From Felis catus (taxonomy: Eukaryota): 64,000 nucleotides of DNA. The notes under the pieces were generated by a model that did not search any database, was not told where the DNA came from, and saw nothing but the letters and a program-made list of their open reading frames with translations. Made by a program: the position numbers and the translations under genes. The stretch is from assembly GCF_018350175.1 (NCBI RefSeq), contig NC_058381.1:39990001-40054000 (forward strand), written 5' to 3'. Below, one piece after another: positions 36,010 through 48,967 of the stretch (its first letter is position 1; each line of letters starts with the position of its first letter).

Positions 36010-36492
36010 ATGACCCACTCGTGCTGCTCCTCTTGCTGCCAGCCTACGTGCTGCAGGACCACCTGCTGCCGGACCACCTGCTGCCAGCCCAGCGGCTGTG
36101 GGTCCAGCGGCTATGGGTCGAGCTGCTGCCAGCCTTGCTGCCGCCCAACTTGCTGTCACACCACCTGCTGCCGGACCACCTGCTGCCAGCCCAGCTGCTG
36201 TGGGTGTAGCGGCTGTGGACACAACTGCGGTGGGTCTAGCGGCTGTGGTTCCAGCTGCTGCCAGCCTTGCTGCCGCCCAGCTTGCTGTCACACCACCTGC
36301 TGCCGGACCACCTGCTGCCAGCCCAGCTGCTGTGGGTCCAGCGGCTGCGGACACAACTGCGGTGGGTCTAGCGGCTGTGGGTCGAGCTGCTGCCAGCCTT
36401 GCTGCTGCCCAACTTGCTGTCATACCACCTGCTGCCGGACCACCTGCTGCCAGCCCAGCTGTTGTGGGTCCAGCGGCTGTGGACAAAACTGA
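36010..36492 (+). CDS. KRTAP9: KRTAP9-family B-type copy 1: truncated 160-aa ORF (premature TGA; ancestral stop 36628-36630); possibly a pseudogene
   Basis: KRTAP9 N-terminus and repeats, then ...GGA CAA AAC TGA where A copies have AAC TGC; a second TGA at 36523-36525. Promoter, Kozak context and polyA signal are intact. Confidence 0.85.
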   Translation: MTHSCCSSCCQPTCCRTTCCRTTCCQPSGCGSSGYGSSCCQPCCRPTCCHTTCCRTTCCQPSCCGCSGCGHNCGGSSGCGSSCCQPCCRPACCHTTCCRTTCCQPSCCGSSGCGHNCGGSSGCGSSCCQPCCCPTCCHTTCCRTTCCQPSCCGSSGCGQN

Positions 36493-38685
36493 TGTGGGTC
36501 CCGCTGCTGCCAGCCAGGTTGCTGAACCCCCGTGTACTGCACGAGAACCTGCTACCACCCCACCTGCTGCGGCCTGCCTGGGTGCCTAGCCCAGGGCTCT
36601 GGATCCTGCTGCCAGCCTTCCTGCTGCTGATTGCCTCGCCAAGAACCACCATCTGACTTGCCACTTGGGAATTGGTCACCGCCAAGCGTTGCGGAAAGCC
36701 AGCCCGCAATCCCCAACATCTCGGTTAGTCGCCTGCCTGTCTACCATCTTGTGAACCGGCCCGATGAAGTTGTGGACCGCTTCTCCCTGATTCGCTTCTT
36801 CTTTCCTTCCTCTGCGTCATGTGCCAGCTTCACCCATCCTGATACAGAGTGAGGATCTCTGTTTGGTCTCCATAGTCAAGAACTTTATCCTGTCCCTCTA
36901 AATACGTCAGCGAAACAACTCCTCAGGAATGACCTATAACTCGTGGAAACTGCTGAAAGCCCACACGGGTATGTTTCCTTTCTCGGTGTACTCATGAAGC
37001 TTGTACGCCTCTTGCTGCCTGTCATGTTCCCTTTCAATGTCTCCCTAGACGCGGGGAGTCTCACCTGCATCTCTTAATAAATCCTAATCATTTGGAATCC
37101 CGTACTGTCTATGTGTTTTTGTACCCTGTTTCCAATGCGAGGTTTTGTACGTACATTTTACATCACATGCAGTGTCCGTGTGGAGCCATACACGGTCCTC
37201 CACAAGTCATTATGCGCATTTTCAGCTGAGGAGATTTCACGGTGGAATGTCCCACAGCTGGCATGGACACACTCGGATCCAAGACTGTGGTTCGGGCGCT
37301 TGCTGAAGCGCACTTACGTTCAGATCTCCAGACGTGGTAGCAGACACCCTTAGTCTCAGCACCAGCAACGTGTCCATCCGAGGCCTGCTTTGACCGCACA
37401 AGTGTTACTCTCCTGTCCAGGCGGGCCATCACTGGCACTACGTTGTAGACATCAGTGTCCTACAACTCAGCCACAGCAGCCATATGTGAGGACGGCGGGA
37501 CCTGCCCTTTAGAGCCCTGGGGAACACGGGATGCTCCTGTTGCCTTGGGTGGCATCCGGCCCCTCAGCACTCTTCTGCCTCACATACAGGTGAGCCTGCG
37601 GTGTCCTCGTGAGCCACAGAGGCAGCTGAACACGCTTGTGTTTGGGTCGTGCATATCACATTCTTGTTTGGCCTCCTCGTCCCCAGGACCTAATGGTATA
37701 GTAAAATGGCATCATGTGATTTTCTGCCAAACCTATGCATCTCCCCTCCCGTAAGGCAGTTTGTCATGGTGATCAAAATGTTGCCCAGAGAGTTGATGAA
37801 GCATGGTGTCAGGGCCAGAGAGATCGTGCAATGGGCACGTAGGACTTTGAGTACTCCATGAGCTCTGAACCATCTAAGGAAACAGAATAAGCTCTGGTAT
37901 ATTGTGGAGGAAGTGTGAGCAACCGAGGGGGGAAAAAACGATGCCTGCTCCGTGGGGGTGAGGAGAATGTGAGGAAGCAAAAAGAGACAACAACGTGTGC
38001 ATTCCTAGGAGTCGAGGACGAAGGCTGGTGCTCCTGGTCCAGAGCCACTGGTGCCGCGTCAGCACTCAGGGCTGTGAGGCCGATTCAGGCTCTGAGAGGA
38101 ATAGGAGACAGGGCCCCGGGTCCCTTCCTGGGAGCAGTGGAGGGACCTCTGATGAGCTTCGAAGGCCCCTATGCAGGACACATGCCACCATTGGAGACTA
38201 GGTACCCAGGATGCTCTGGAGAGACTGCCAAGGCCAAACGTGCCTACCGCTGCTGGTTCTCAAGAGCGCCGTGTTGGCAAACTGAGATGAAAACCTGACG
38301 CGACCCATGTTTCCGAATATTTGCTGGATGTTGACTAAATCCTTCATGAGCATTCCCTTCAATTCTTGGAGGGATTTGCAAAGTAGGTATTAAGGTTCCC
38401 ATTGTAGAGGTGAGGAAATTGAGACTGAGTGGGGTAAAGGAATGTCAGAGTTTGGTTTTCCAGAAGCTCCTCTTAAGTAAAGAGTCCAGGAATGTGGATT
38501 CTTTGGGGAGGTCATATCACACTGGTCCGAGTGTGGGGAAGTGTCACAGGGAAGAAACACTTTGAGGCCAGCCTCACAGTTTGCAACCAAAGCTTTAACC
38601 TGGAAGGTATCTCAGAAACGGTACAACTCCAAACACGCACACGCGCGCGCGCACGCGATCGCGCACACACACGCAGACGCGCGCG

Positions 38686-38724
<39 letters not shown>

Positions 38725-40169
38725 TGAGATTCTCTTATTTCAGCCATGAGGGAGCTGGAGTCTTTATAAACCCACTCTCCAGAAGCAAGGGTTGAGTGTG
38801 TTTTCTCCGTGTGGCATGCTCAGGCAGCCTGACATTCTGCTGCGCGTGAAAAGGGCACTTAGGCATTGAGGTGCAGAGCTGGTAGGCAGAAGTTGTCCCA
38901 AACACACCAGTACCCAAGAGATAGGGTTGGTGGCTTCAGACGTCTTTGGCAGACTATGGTTGTCACCATTCATTCCACTATGTTCTGAATTAGCCGGGCG
39001 GATGGAGAAAATCATTGGAAGAAACAGAAGAAGATGGTGGAATATGAATGGGGGGATGAGGAGAGGAGTAGGGAGAAAAGGAGAAGGGAGGGAGGAAGAA
39101 AGGAAGCATAGAAGGAAGGGGGCAGGGAGGAAGCGAGGGAGAAAGGGAGGAGAAGAAAGAGAGAAACTAAAGAATGAAGGGAAGGAAGGAAGGCAAGAAG
39201 GCACGGTGTGAGGAAGGGATGGGCAGGCATGCAGGGAGGAAGGGAGAAAGGCAGAAAAAGAAAGACAGCCTGACAGAAAAAAGAAAGAGCAACCATAAAT
39301 AAAGATGTAATGAGCTACGTGAGGACACTGACGAGGCTAGCTAACAAGGTTAGGACTAGAGTCCCCAACTCACCTGGTTTTGCCCAAACTGCCCCCGCCT
39401 TTATGGCCCTGAAAGCCCCCGCCTCCGGTGAAAGCGTTCGACCCGAGGAAAATCAGGGGTCCTGGTCAACAAGGACGTACATTGACTGATGGTTGCTTAG
39501 TCCCAGGGTACTGCTGCTGCTTCTCCCCACCTGCTTTGCTTCTGCCTCGCCATGTGGCAGAGAAAACCCCAGACATCGGCTACGCAAGGGTCTTTGATTG
39601 AACTGAGATACGCAGGTGGGGTTGGGTGCTACAGGAGACAGATAACGCCTGTGGGAGTCTTGAATCCGGCTTCTGTGGGGAAACGGAACTGGGCTCAGGG
39701 AACTACCACATCTGTCCCAGTGAACATATCAGCATCGTGCCCCTCACCTCAGAGATACTCGCAATCCACTTACAGTCTAAGGGCAAAGACTGGGGAGGGA
39801 ACACTGCTGTGAGCCTAGCCACCCCAGCAGAACGTGATCACACGATGGATGCCATGATCACTGAAACAAGAACGATGCTGCTGATGTGCCCACCTTCCTC
39901 GCGTTGGAAAATGTTGCTGTGAGTTATTGTCAAATAGGAAACCATTAGACACTTATTTTGTAACGATTCCTAACATTTAGGAAACAGCTTCCTCGTTTAT
40001 GATTCCCCCAGTGACTACGGAAAACGATGTAAACACCAACAAGGAAAGTCCTGCCCATTGGCCTAACCTTCGGGGGTCCAGCGCATAAAAGCCCCAGAAC
40101 CGGAGGAGGCACCAGAATCTGACAACCTCACCTCCGGACAGGACCCGCCCACCCTCCACCCCAGACACC

Positions 40170-40652
40170 ATGACCCACTCGTGCTGCTCCTCTTGCTGCC
40201 AGCCTACGTGCTGCAGGACCACCTGCTGCCGGACCACCTGCTGCCAGCCCAGCGGCTGTGGGTCCAGCGGCTATGGGTCGAGCTGCTGCCAGCCTTGCTG
40301 CCGCCCAACTTGCTGTCACACCACCTGCTGCCGGACCACCTGCTGCCAGCCCAGCTGCTGTGGGTGTAGCGGCTGTGGACACAACTGCGGTGGGTCTAGC
40401 GGCTGTGGTTCCAGCTGCTGCCAGCCTTGCTGCCGCCCAGCTTGCTGTCACACCACCTGCTGCCGGACCACCTGCTGCCAGCCCAGCTGCTGTGGGTCCA
40501 GCGGCTGCGGACACAACTGCGGTGGGTCTAGCGGCTGTGGGTCGAGCTGCTGCCAGCCTTGCTGCTGCCCAACTTGCTGTCATACCACCTGCTGCCGGAC
40601 CACCTGCTGCCAGCCCAGCTGTTGTGGGTCCAGCGGCTGTGGACAAAACTGA
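40170..40652 (+). CDS. KRTAP9: KRTAP9-family B-type copy 2 (truncated, 160 aa)
   Basis: Same translation as B1, with both premature TGAs. Confidence 0.85.
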   Translation: MTHSCCSSCCQPTCCRTTCCRTTCCQPSGCGSSGYGSSCCQPCCRPTCCHTTCCRTTCCQPSCCGCSGCGHNCGGSSGCGSSCCQPCCRPACCHTTCCRTTCCQPSCCGSSGCGHNCGGSSGCGSSCCQPCCCPTCCHTTCCRTTCCQPSCCGSSGCGQN

Positions 40653-42845
40653 TGTGGGTCCCGCTGCTGCCAGCCAGGTTGCTGAACCCCCGTGTACTGC
40701 ACGAGAACCTGCTACCACCCCACCTGCTGCGGCCTGCCTGGGTGCCTAGCCCAGGGCTCTGGATCCTGCTGCCAGCCTTCCTGCTGCTGATTGCCTCGCC
40801 AAGAACCACCATCTGACTTGCCACTTGGGAATTGGTCACCGCCAAGCGTTGCGGAAAGCCAGCCCGCAATCCCCAACATCTCGGTTAGTCGCCTGCCTGT
40901 CTACCATCTTGTGAACCGGCCCGATGAAGTTGTGGACCGCTTCTCCCTGATTCGCTTCTTCTTTCCTTCCTCTGCGTCATGTGCCAGCTTCACCCATCCT
41001 GATACAGAGTGAGGATCTCTGTTTGGTCTCCATAGTCAAGAACTTTATCCTGTCCCTCTAAATACGTCAGCGAAACAACTCCTCAGGAATGACCTATAAC
41101 TCGTGGAAACTGCTGAAAGCCCACACGGGTATGTTTCCTTTCTCGGTGTACTCATGAAGCTTGTACGCCTCTTGCTGCCTGTCATGTTCCCTTTCAATGT
41201 CTCCCTAGACGCGGGGAGTCTCACCTGCATCTCTTAATAAATCCTAATCATTTGGAATCCCGTACTGTCTATGTGTTTTTGTACCCTGTTTCCAATGCGA
41301 GGTTTTGTACGTACATTTTACATCACATGCAGTGTCCGTGTGGAGCCATACACGGTCCTCCACAAGTCATTATGCGCATTTTCAGCTGAGGAGATTTCAC
41401 GGTGGAATGTCCCACAGCTGGCATGGACACACTCGGATCCAAGACTGTGGTTCGGGCGCTTGCTGAAGCGCACTTACGTTCAGATCTCCAGACGTGGTAG
41501 CAGACACCCTTAGTCTCAGCACCAGCAACGTGTCCATCCGAGGCCTGCTTTGACCGCACAAGTGTTACTCTCCTGTCCAGGCGGGCCATCACTGGCACTA
41601 CGTTGTAGACATCAGTGTCCTACAACTCAGCCACAGCAGCCATATGTGAGGACGGCGGGACCTGCCCTTTAGAGCCCTGGGGAACACGGGATGCTCCTGT
41701 TGCCTTGGGTGGCATCCGGCCCCTCAGCACTCTTCTGCCTCACATACAGGTGAGCCTGCGGTGTCCTCGTGAGCCACAGAGGCAGCTGAACACGCTTGTG
41801 TTTGGGTCGTGCATATCACATTCTTGTTTGGCCTCCTCGTCCCCAGGACCTAATGGTATAGTAAAATGGCATCATGTGATTTTCTGCCAAACCTATGCAT
41901 CTCCCCTCCCGTAAGGCAGTTTGTCATGGTGATCAAAATGTTGCCCAGAGAGTTGATGAAGCATGGTGTCAGGGCCAGAGAGATCGTGCAATGGGCACGT
42001 AGGACTTTGAGTACTCCATGAGCTCTGAACCATCTAAGGAAACAGAATAAGCTCTGGTATATTGTGGAGGAAGTGTGAGCAACCGAGGGGGGAAAAAACG
42101 ATGCCTGCTCCGTGGGGGTGAGGAGAATGTGAGGAAGCAAAAAGAGACAACAACGTGTGCATTCCTAGGAGTCGAGGACGAAGGCTGGTGCTCCTGGTCC
42201 AGAGCCACTGGTGCCGCGTCAGCACTCAGGGCTGTGAGGCCGATTCAGGCTCTGAGAGGAATAGGAGACAGGGCCCCGGGTCCCTTCCTGGGAGCAGTGG
42301 AGGGACCTCTGATGAGCTTCGAAGGCCCCTATGCAGGACACATGCCACCATTGGAGACTAGGTACCCAGGATGCTCTGGAGAGACTGCCAAGGCCAAACG
42401 TGCCTACCGCTGCTGGTTCTCAAGAGCGCCGTGTTGGCAAACTGAGATGAAAACCTGACGCGACCCATGTTTCCGAATATTTGCTGGATGTTGACTAAAT
42501 CCTTCATGAGCATTCCCTTCAATTCTTGGAGGGATTTGCAAAGTAGGTATTAAGGTTCCCATTGTAGAGGTGAGGAAATTGAGACTGAGTGGGGTAAAGG
42601 AATGTCAGAGTTTGGTTTTCCAGAAGCTCCTCTTAAGTAAAGAGTCCAGGAATGTGGATTCTTTGGGGAGGTCATATCACACTGGTCCGAGTGTGGGGAA
42701 GTGTCACAGGGAAGAAACACTTTGAGGCCAGCCTCACAGTTTGCAACCAAAGCTTTAACCTGGAAGGTATCTCAGAAACGGTACAACTCCAAACACGCAC
42801 ACGCGCGCGCGCACGCGATCGCGCACACACACGCAGACGCGCGCG

Positions 42846-42884
<39 letters not shown>

Positions 42885-44328
42885 TGAGATTCTCTTATTT
42901 CAGCCATGAGGGAGCTGGAGTCTTTATAAACCCACTCTCCAGAAGCAAGGGTTGAGTGTGTTTTCTCCGTGTGGCATGCTCAGGCAGCCTGACATTCTGC
43001 TGCGCGTGAAAAGGGCACTTAGGCATTGAGGTGCAGAGCTGGTAGGCAGAAGTTGTCCCAAACACACCAGTACCCAAGAGATAGGGTTGGTGGCTTCAGA
43101 CGTCTTTGGCAGACTATGGTTGTCACCATTCATTCCACTATGTTCTGAATTAGCCGGGCGGATGGAGAAAATCATTGGAAGAAACAGAAGAAGATGGTGG
43201 AATATGAATGGGGGGATGAGGAGAGGAGTAGGGAGAAAAGGAGAAGGGAGGGAGGAAGAAAGGAAGCATAGAAGGAAGGGGGCAGGGAGGAAGCGAGGGA
43301 GAAAGGGAGGAGAAGAAAGAGAGAAACTAAAGAATGAAGGGAAGGAAGGAAGGCAAGAAGGCACGGTGTGAGGAAGGGATGGGCAGGCATGCAGGGAGGA
43401 AGGGAGAAAGGCAGAAAAAGAAAGACAGCCTGACAGAAAAAAGAAAGAGCAACCATAAATAAAGATGTAATGAGCTACGTGAGGACACTGACGAGGCTAG
43501 CTAACAAGGTTAGGACTAGAGTCCCCAACTCACCTGGTTTTGCCCAAACTGCCCCCGCCTTTATGGCCCTGAAAGCCCCCCCTCCGGTGAAAGCGTTCGA
43601 CCCGAGGAAAATCAGGGGTCCTGGTCAACAAGGACGTACATTGACTGATGGTTGCTTAGTCCCAGGGTACTGCTGCTGCTTCTCCCCACCTGCTTTGCTT
43701 CTGCCTCGCCATGTGGCAGAGAAAACCCCAGACATCGGCTACGCAAGGGTCTTTGATTGAACTGAGATACGCAGGTGGGGTTGGGTGCTACAGGAGACAG
43801 ATAACGCCTGTGGGAGTCTTGAATCCGGCTTCTGTGGGGAAACGGAACTGGGCTCAGGGAACTACCACATCTGTCCCAGTGAACATATCAGCATCGTGCC
43901 CCTCACCTCAGAGATACTCGCAATCCACTTACAGTCTAAGGGCAAAGACTGGGGAGGGAACACTGCTGTGAGCCTAGCCACCCCAGCAGAACGTGATCAC
44001 ACGATGGATGCCATGATCACTGAAACAAGAACGATGCTGCTGATGTGCCCACCTTCCTCGCGTTGGAAAATGTTGCTGTGAGTTATTGTCAAATAGGAAA
44101 CCATTAGACACTTATTTTGTAACGATTCCTAACATTTAGGAAACAGCTTCCTCGTTTATGATTCCCCCAGTGACTACGGAAAACGATGTAAACACCAACA
44201 AGGAAAGTCCTGCCCATTGGCCTAACCTTCGGGGGTCCAGCGCATAAAAGCCCCAGAACCGGAGGAGGCACCAGAATCTGACAACCTCACCTCCGGACAG
44301 GACCCGCCCACCCTCCACCCCAGACACC

Positions 44329-44811
44329 ATGACCCACTCGTGCTGCTCCTCTTGCTGCCAGCCTACGTGCTGCAGGACCACCTGCTGCCGGACCACCTGC
44401 TGCCAGCCCAGCGGCTGTGGGTCCAGCGGCTATGGGTCGAGCTGCTGCCAGCCTTGCTGCCGCCCAACTTGCTGTCACACCACCTGCTGCCGGACCACCT
44501 GCTGCCAGCCCAGCTGCTGTGGGTGTAGCGGCTGTGGACACAACTGCGGTGGGTCTAGCGGCTGTGGTTCCAGCTGCTGCCAGCCTTGCTGCCGCCCAGC
44601 TTGCTGTCACACCACCTGCTGCCGGACCACCTGCTGCCAGCCCAGCTGCTGTGGGTCCAGCGGCTGCGGACACAACTGCGGTGGGTCTAGCGGCTGTGGG
44701 TCGAGCTGCTGCCAGCCTTGCTGCTGCCCAACTTGCTGTCATACCACCTGCTGCCGGACCACCTGCTGCCAGCCCAGCTGTTGTGGGTCCAGCGGCTGTG
44801 GACAAAACTGA
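44329..44811 (+). CDS. KRTAP9: KRTAP9-family B-type copy 3 (truncated, 160 aa)
   Basis: Same translation as B1, with both premature TGAs. Confidence 0.85.
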   Translation: MTHSCCSSCCQPTCCRTTCCRTTCCQPSGCGSSGYGSSCCQPCCRPTCCHTTCCRTTCCQPSCCGCSGCGHNCGGSSGCGSSCCQPCCRPACCHTTCCRTTCCQPSCCGSSGCGHNCGGSSGCGSSCCQPCCCPTCCHTTCCRTTCCQPSCCGSSGCGQN

Positions 44812-47004
44812 TGTGGGTCCCGCTGCTGCCAGCCAGGTTGCTGAACCCCCGTGTACTGCACGAGAACCTGCTACCACCCCACCTGCTGCGGCCTGCCTGG
44901 GTGCCTAGCCCAGGGCTCTGGATCCTGCTGCCAGCCTTCCTGCTGCTGATTGCCTCGCCAAGAACCACCATCTGACTTGCCACTTGGGAATTGGTCACCG
45001 CCAAGCGTTGCGGAAAGCCAGCCCGCAATCCCCAACATCTCGGTTAGTCGCCTGCCTGTCTACCATCTTGTGAACCGGCCCGATGAAGTTGTGGACCGCT
45101 TCTCCCTGATTCGCTTCTTCTTTCCTTCCTCTGCGTCATGTGCCAGCTTCACCCATCCTGATACAGAGTGAGGATCTCTGTTTGGTCTCCATAGTCAAGA
45201 ACTTTATCCTGTCCCTCTAAATACGTCAGCGAAACAACTCCTCAGGAATGACCTATAACTCGTGGAAACTGCTGAAAGCCCACACGGGTATGTTTCCTTT
45301 CTCGGTGTACTCATGAAGCTTGTACGCCTCTTGCTGCCTGTCATGTTCCCTTTCAATGTCTCCCTAGACGCGGGGAGTCTCACCTGCATCTCTTAATAAA
45401 TCCTAATCATTTGGAATCCCGTACTGTCTATGTGTTTTTGTACCCTGTTTCCAATGCGAGGTTTTGTACGTACATTTTACATCACATGCAGTGTCCGTGT
45501 GGAGCCATACACGGTCCTCCACAAGTCATTATGCGCATTTTCAGCTGAGGAGATTTCACGGTGGAATGTCCCACAGCTGGCATGGACACACTCGGATCCA
45601 AGACTGTGGTTCGGGCGCTTGCTGAAGCGCACTTACGTTCAGATCTCCAGACGTGGTAGCAGACACCCTTAGTCTCAGCACCAGCAACGTGTCCATCCGA
45701 GGCCTGCTTTGACCGCACAAGTGTTACTCTCCTGTCCAGGCGGGCCATCACTGGCACTACGTTGTAGACATCAGTGTCCTACAACTCAGCCACAGCAGCC
45801 ATATGTGAGGACGGCGGGACCTGCCCTTTAGAGCCCTGGGGAACACGGGATGCTCCTGTTGCCTTGGGTGGCATCCGGCCCCTCAGCACTCTTCTGCCTC
45901 ACATACAGGTGAGCCTGCGGTGTCCTCGTGAGCCACAGAGGCAGCTGAACACGCTTGTGTTTGGGTCGTGCATATCACATTCTTGTTTGGCCTCCTCGTC
46001 CCCAGGACCTAATGGTATAGTAAAATGGCATCATGTGATTTTCTGCCAAACCTATGCATCTCCCCTCCCGTAAGGCAGTTTGTCATGGTGATCAAAATGT
46101 TGCCCAGAGAGTTGATGAAGCATGGTGTCAGGGCCAGAGAGATCGTGCAATGGGCACGTAGGACTTTGAGTACTCCATGAGCTCTGAACCATCTAAGGAA
46201 ACAGAATAAGCTCTGGTATATTGTGGAGGAAGTGTGAGCAACCGAGGGGGGAAAAAACGATGCCTGCTCCGTGGGGGTGAGGAGAATGTGAGGAAGCAAA
46301 AAGAGACAACAACGTGTGCATTCCTAGGAGTCGAGGACGAAGGCTGGTGCTCCTGGTCCAGAGCCACTGGTGCCGCGTCAGCACTCAGGGCTGTGAGGCC
46401 GATTCAGGCTCTGAGAGGAATAGGAGACAGGGCCCCGGGTCCCTTCCTGGGAGCAGTGGAGGGACCTCTGATGAGCTTCGAAGGCCCCTATGCAGGACAC
46501 ATGCCACCATTGGAGACTAGGTACCCAGGATGCTCTGGAGAGACTGCCAAGGCCAAACGTGCCTACCGCTGCTGGTTCTCAAGAGCGCCGTGTTGGCAAA
46601 CTGAGATGAAAACCTGACGCGACCCATGTTTCCGAATATTTGCTGGATGTTGACTAAATCCTTCATGAGCATTCCCTTCAATTCTTGGAGGGATTTGCAA
46701 AGTAGGTATTAAGGTTCCCATTGTAGAGGTGAGGAAATTGAGACTGAGTGGGGTAAAGGAATGTCAGAGTTTGGTTTTCCAGAAGCTCCTCTTAAGTAAA
46801 GAGTCCAGGAATGTGGATTCTTTGGGGAGGTCATATCACACTGGTCCGAGTGTGGGGAAGTGTCACAGGGAAGAAACACTTTGAGGCCAGCCTCACAGTT
46901 TGCAACCAAAGCTTTAACCTGGAAGGTATCTCAGAAACGGTACAACTCCAAACACGCACACGCGCGCGCGCACGCGATCGCGCACACACACGCAGACGCG
47001 CGCG

Positions 47005-47039
<35 letters not shown>

Positions 47040-48484
47040 TGAGATTCTCTTATTTCAGCCATGAGGGAGCTGGAGTCTTTATAAACCCACTCTCCAGAAG
47101 CAAGGGTTGAGTGTGTTTTCTCCGTGTGGCATGCTCAGGCAGCCTGACATTCTGCTGCGCGTGAAAAGGGCACTTAGGCATTGAGGTGCAGAGCTGGTAG
47201 GCAGAAGTTGTCCCAAACACACCAGTACCCAAGAGATAGGGTTGGTGGCTTCAGACGTCTTTGGCAGACTATGGTTGTCACCATTCATTCCACTATGTTC
47301 TGAATTAGCCGGGCGGATGGAGAAAATCATTGGAAGAAACAGAAGAAGATGGTGGAATATGAATGGGGGGATGAGGAGAGGAGTAGGGAGAAAAGGAGAA
47401 GGGAGGGAGGAAGAAAGGAAGCATAGAAGGAAGGGGGCAGGGAGGAAGCGAGGGAGAAAGGGAGGAGAAGAAAGAGAGAAACTAAAGAATGAAGGGAAGG
47501 AAGGAAGGCAAGAAGGCACGGTGTGAGGAAGGGATGGGCAGGCATGCAGGGAGGAAGGGAGAAAGGCAGAAAAAGAAAGACAGCCTGACAGAAAAAAGAA
47601 AGAGCAACCATAAATAAAGATGTAATGAGCTACGTGAGGACACTGACGAGGCTAGCTAACAAGGTTAGGACTAGAGTCCCCAACTCACCTGGTTTTGCCC
47701 AAACTGCCCCCGCCTTTATGGCCCTGAAAGCCCCCCCCTCCGGTGAAAGCGTTCGACCCGAGGAAAATCAGGGGTCCTGGTCAACAAGGACGTACATTGA
47801 CTGATGGTTGCTTAGTCCCAGGGTACTGCTGCTGCTTCTCCCCACCTGCTTTGCTTCTGCCTCGCCATGTGGCAGAGAAAACCCCAGACATCGGCTACGC
47901 AAGGGTCTTTGATTGAACTGAGATACGCAGGTGGGGTTGGGTGCTACAGGAGACAGATAACGCCTGTGGGAGTCTTGAATCCGGCTTCTGTGGGGAAACG
48001 GAACTGGGCTCAGGGAACTACCACATCTGTCCCAGTGAACATATCAGCATCGTGCCCCTCACCTCAGAGATACTCGCAATCCACTTACAGTCTAAGGGCA
48101 AAGACTGGGGAGGGAACACTGCTGTGAGCCTAGCCACCCCAGCAGAACGTGATCACACGATGGATGCCATGATCACTGAAACAAGAACGATGCTGCTGAT
48201 GTGCCCACCTTCCTCGCGTTGGAAAATGTTGCTGTGAGTTATTGTCAAATAGGAAACCATTAGACACTTATTTTGTAACGATTCCTAACATTTAGGAAAC
48301 AGCTTCCTCGTTTATGATTCCCCCAGTGACTACGGAAAACGATGTAAACACCAACAAGGAAAGTCCTGCCCATTGGCCTAACCTTCGGGGGTCCAGCGCA
48401 TAAAAGCCCCAGAACCGGAGGAGGCACCAGAATCTGACAACCTCACCTCCGGACAGGACCCGCCCACCCTCCACCCCAGACACC

Positions 48485-48967
48485 ATGACCCACTCGTGCT
48501 GCTCCTCTTGCTGCCAGCCTACGTGCTGCAGGACCACCTGCTGCCGGACCACCTGCTGCCAGCCCAGCGGCTGTGGGTCCAGCGGCTATGGGTCGAGCTG
48601 CTGCCAGCCTTGCTGCCGCCCAACTTGCTGTCACACCACCTGCTGCCGGACCACCTGCTGCCAGCCCAGCTGCTGTGGGTGTAGCGGCTGTGGACACAAC
48701 TGCGGTGGGTCTAGCGGCTGTGGTTCCAGCTGCTGCCAGCCTTGCTGCCGCCCAGCTTGCTGTCACACCACCTGCTGCCGGACCACCTGCTGCCAGCCCA
48801 GCTGCTGTGGGTCCAGCGGCTGCGGACACAACTGCGGTGGGTCTAGCGGCTGTGGGTCGAGCTGCTGCCAGCCTTGCTGCTGCCCAACTTGCTGTCATAC
48901 CACCTGCTGCCGGACCACCTGCTGCCAGCCCAGCTGTTGTGGGTCCAGCGGCTGTGGACAAAACTGA
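48485..48967 (+). CDS. KRTAP9: KRTAP9-family B-type copy 4 (truncated, 160 aa)
   Basis: Same translation as B1, with both premature TGAs. Confidence 0.85.
   Translation: MTHSCCSSCCQPTCCRTTCCRTTCCQPSGCGSSGYGSSCCQPCCRPTCCHTTCCRTTCCQPSCCGCSGCGHNCGGSSGCGSSCCQPCCRPACCHTTCCRTTCCQPSCCGSSGCGHNCGGSSGCGSSCCQPCCCPTCCHTTCCRTTCCQPSCCGSSGCGQN

Noticed and set aside
36764-36960. Candidate SECIS cores in the B 3' UTR (ATGAAGTTG...CCTGA and ATGACCTATAAC...GCTGA)
   Set aside because: By eye, neither forms the 11-12-bp helix with an apical AA loop required of a SECIS. Needs SECISearch3 for a final answer.
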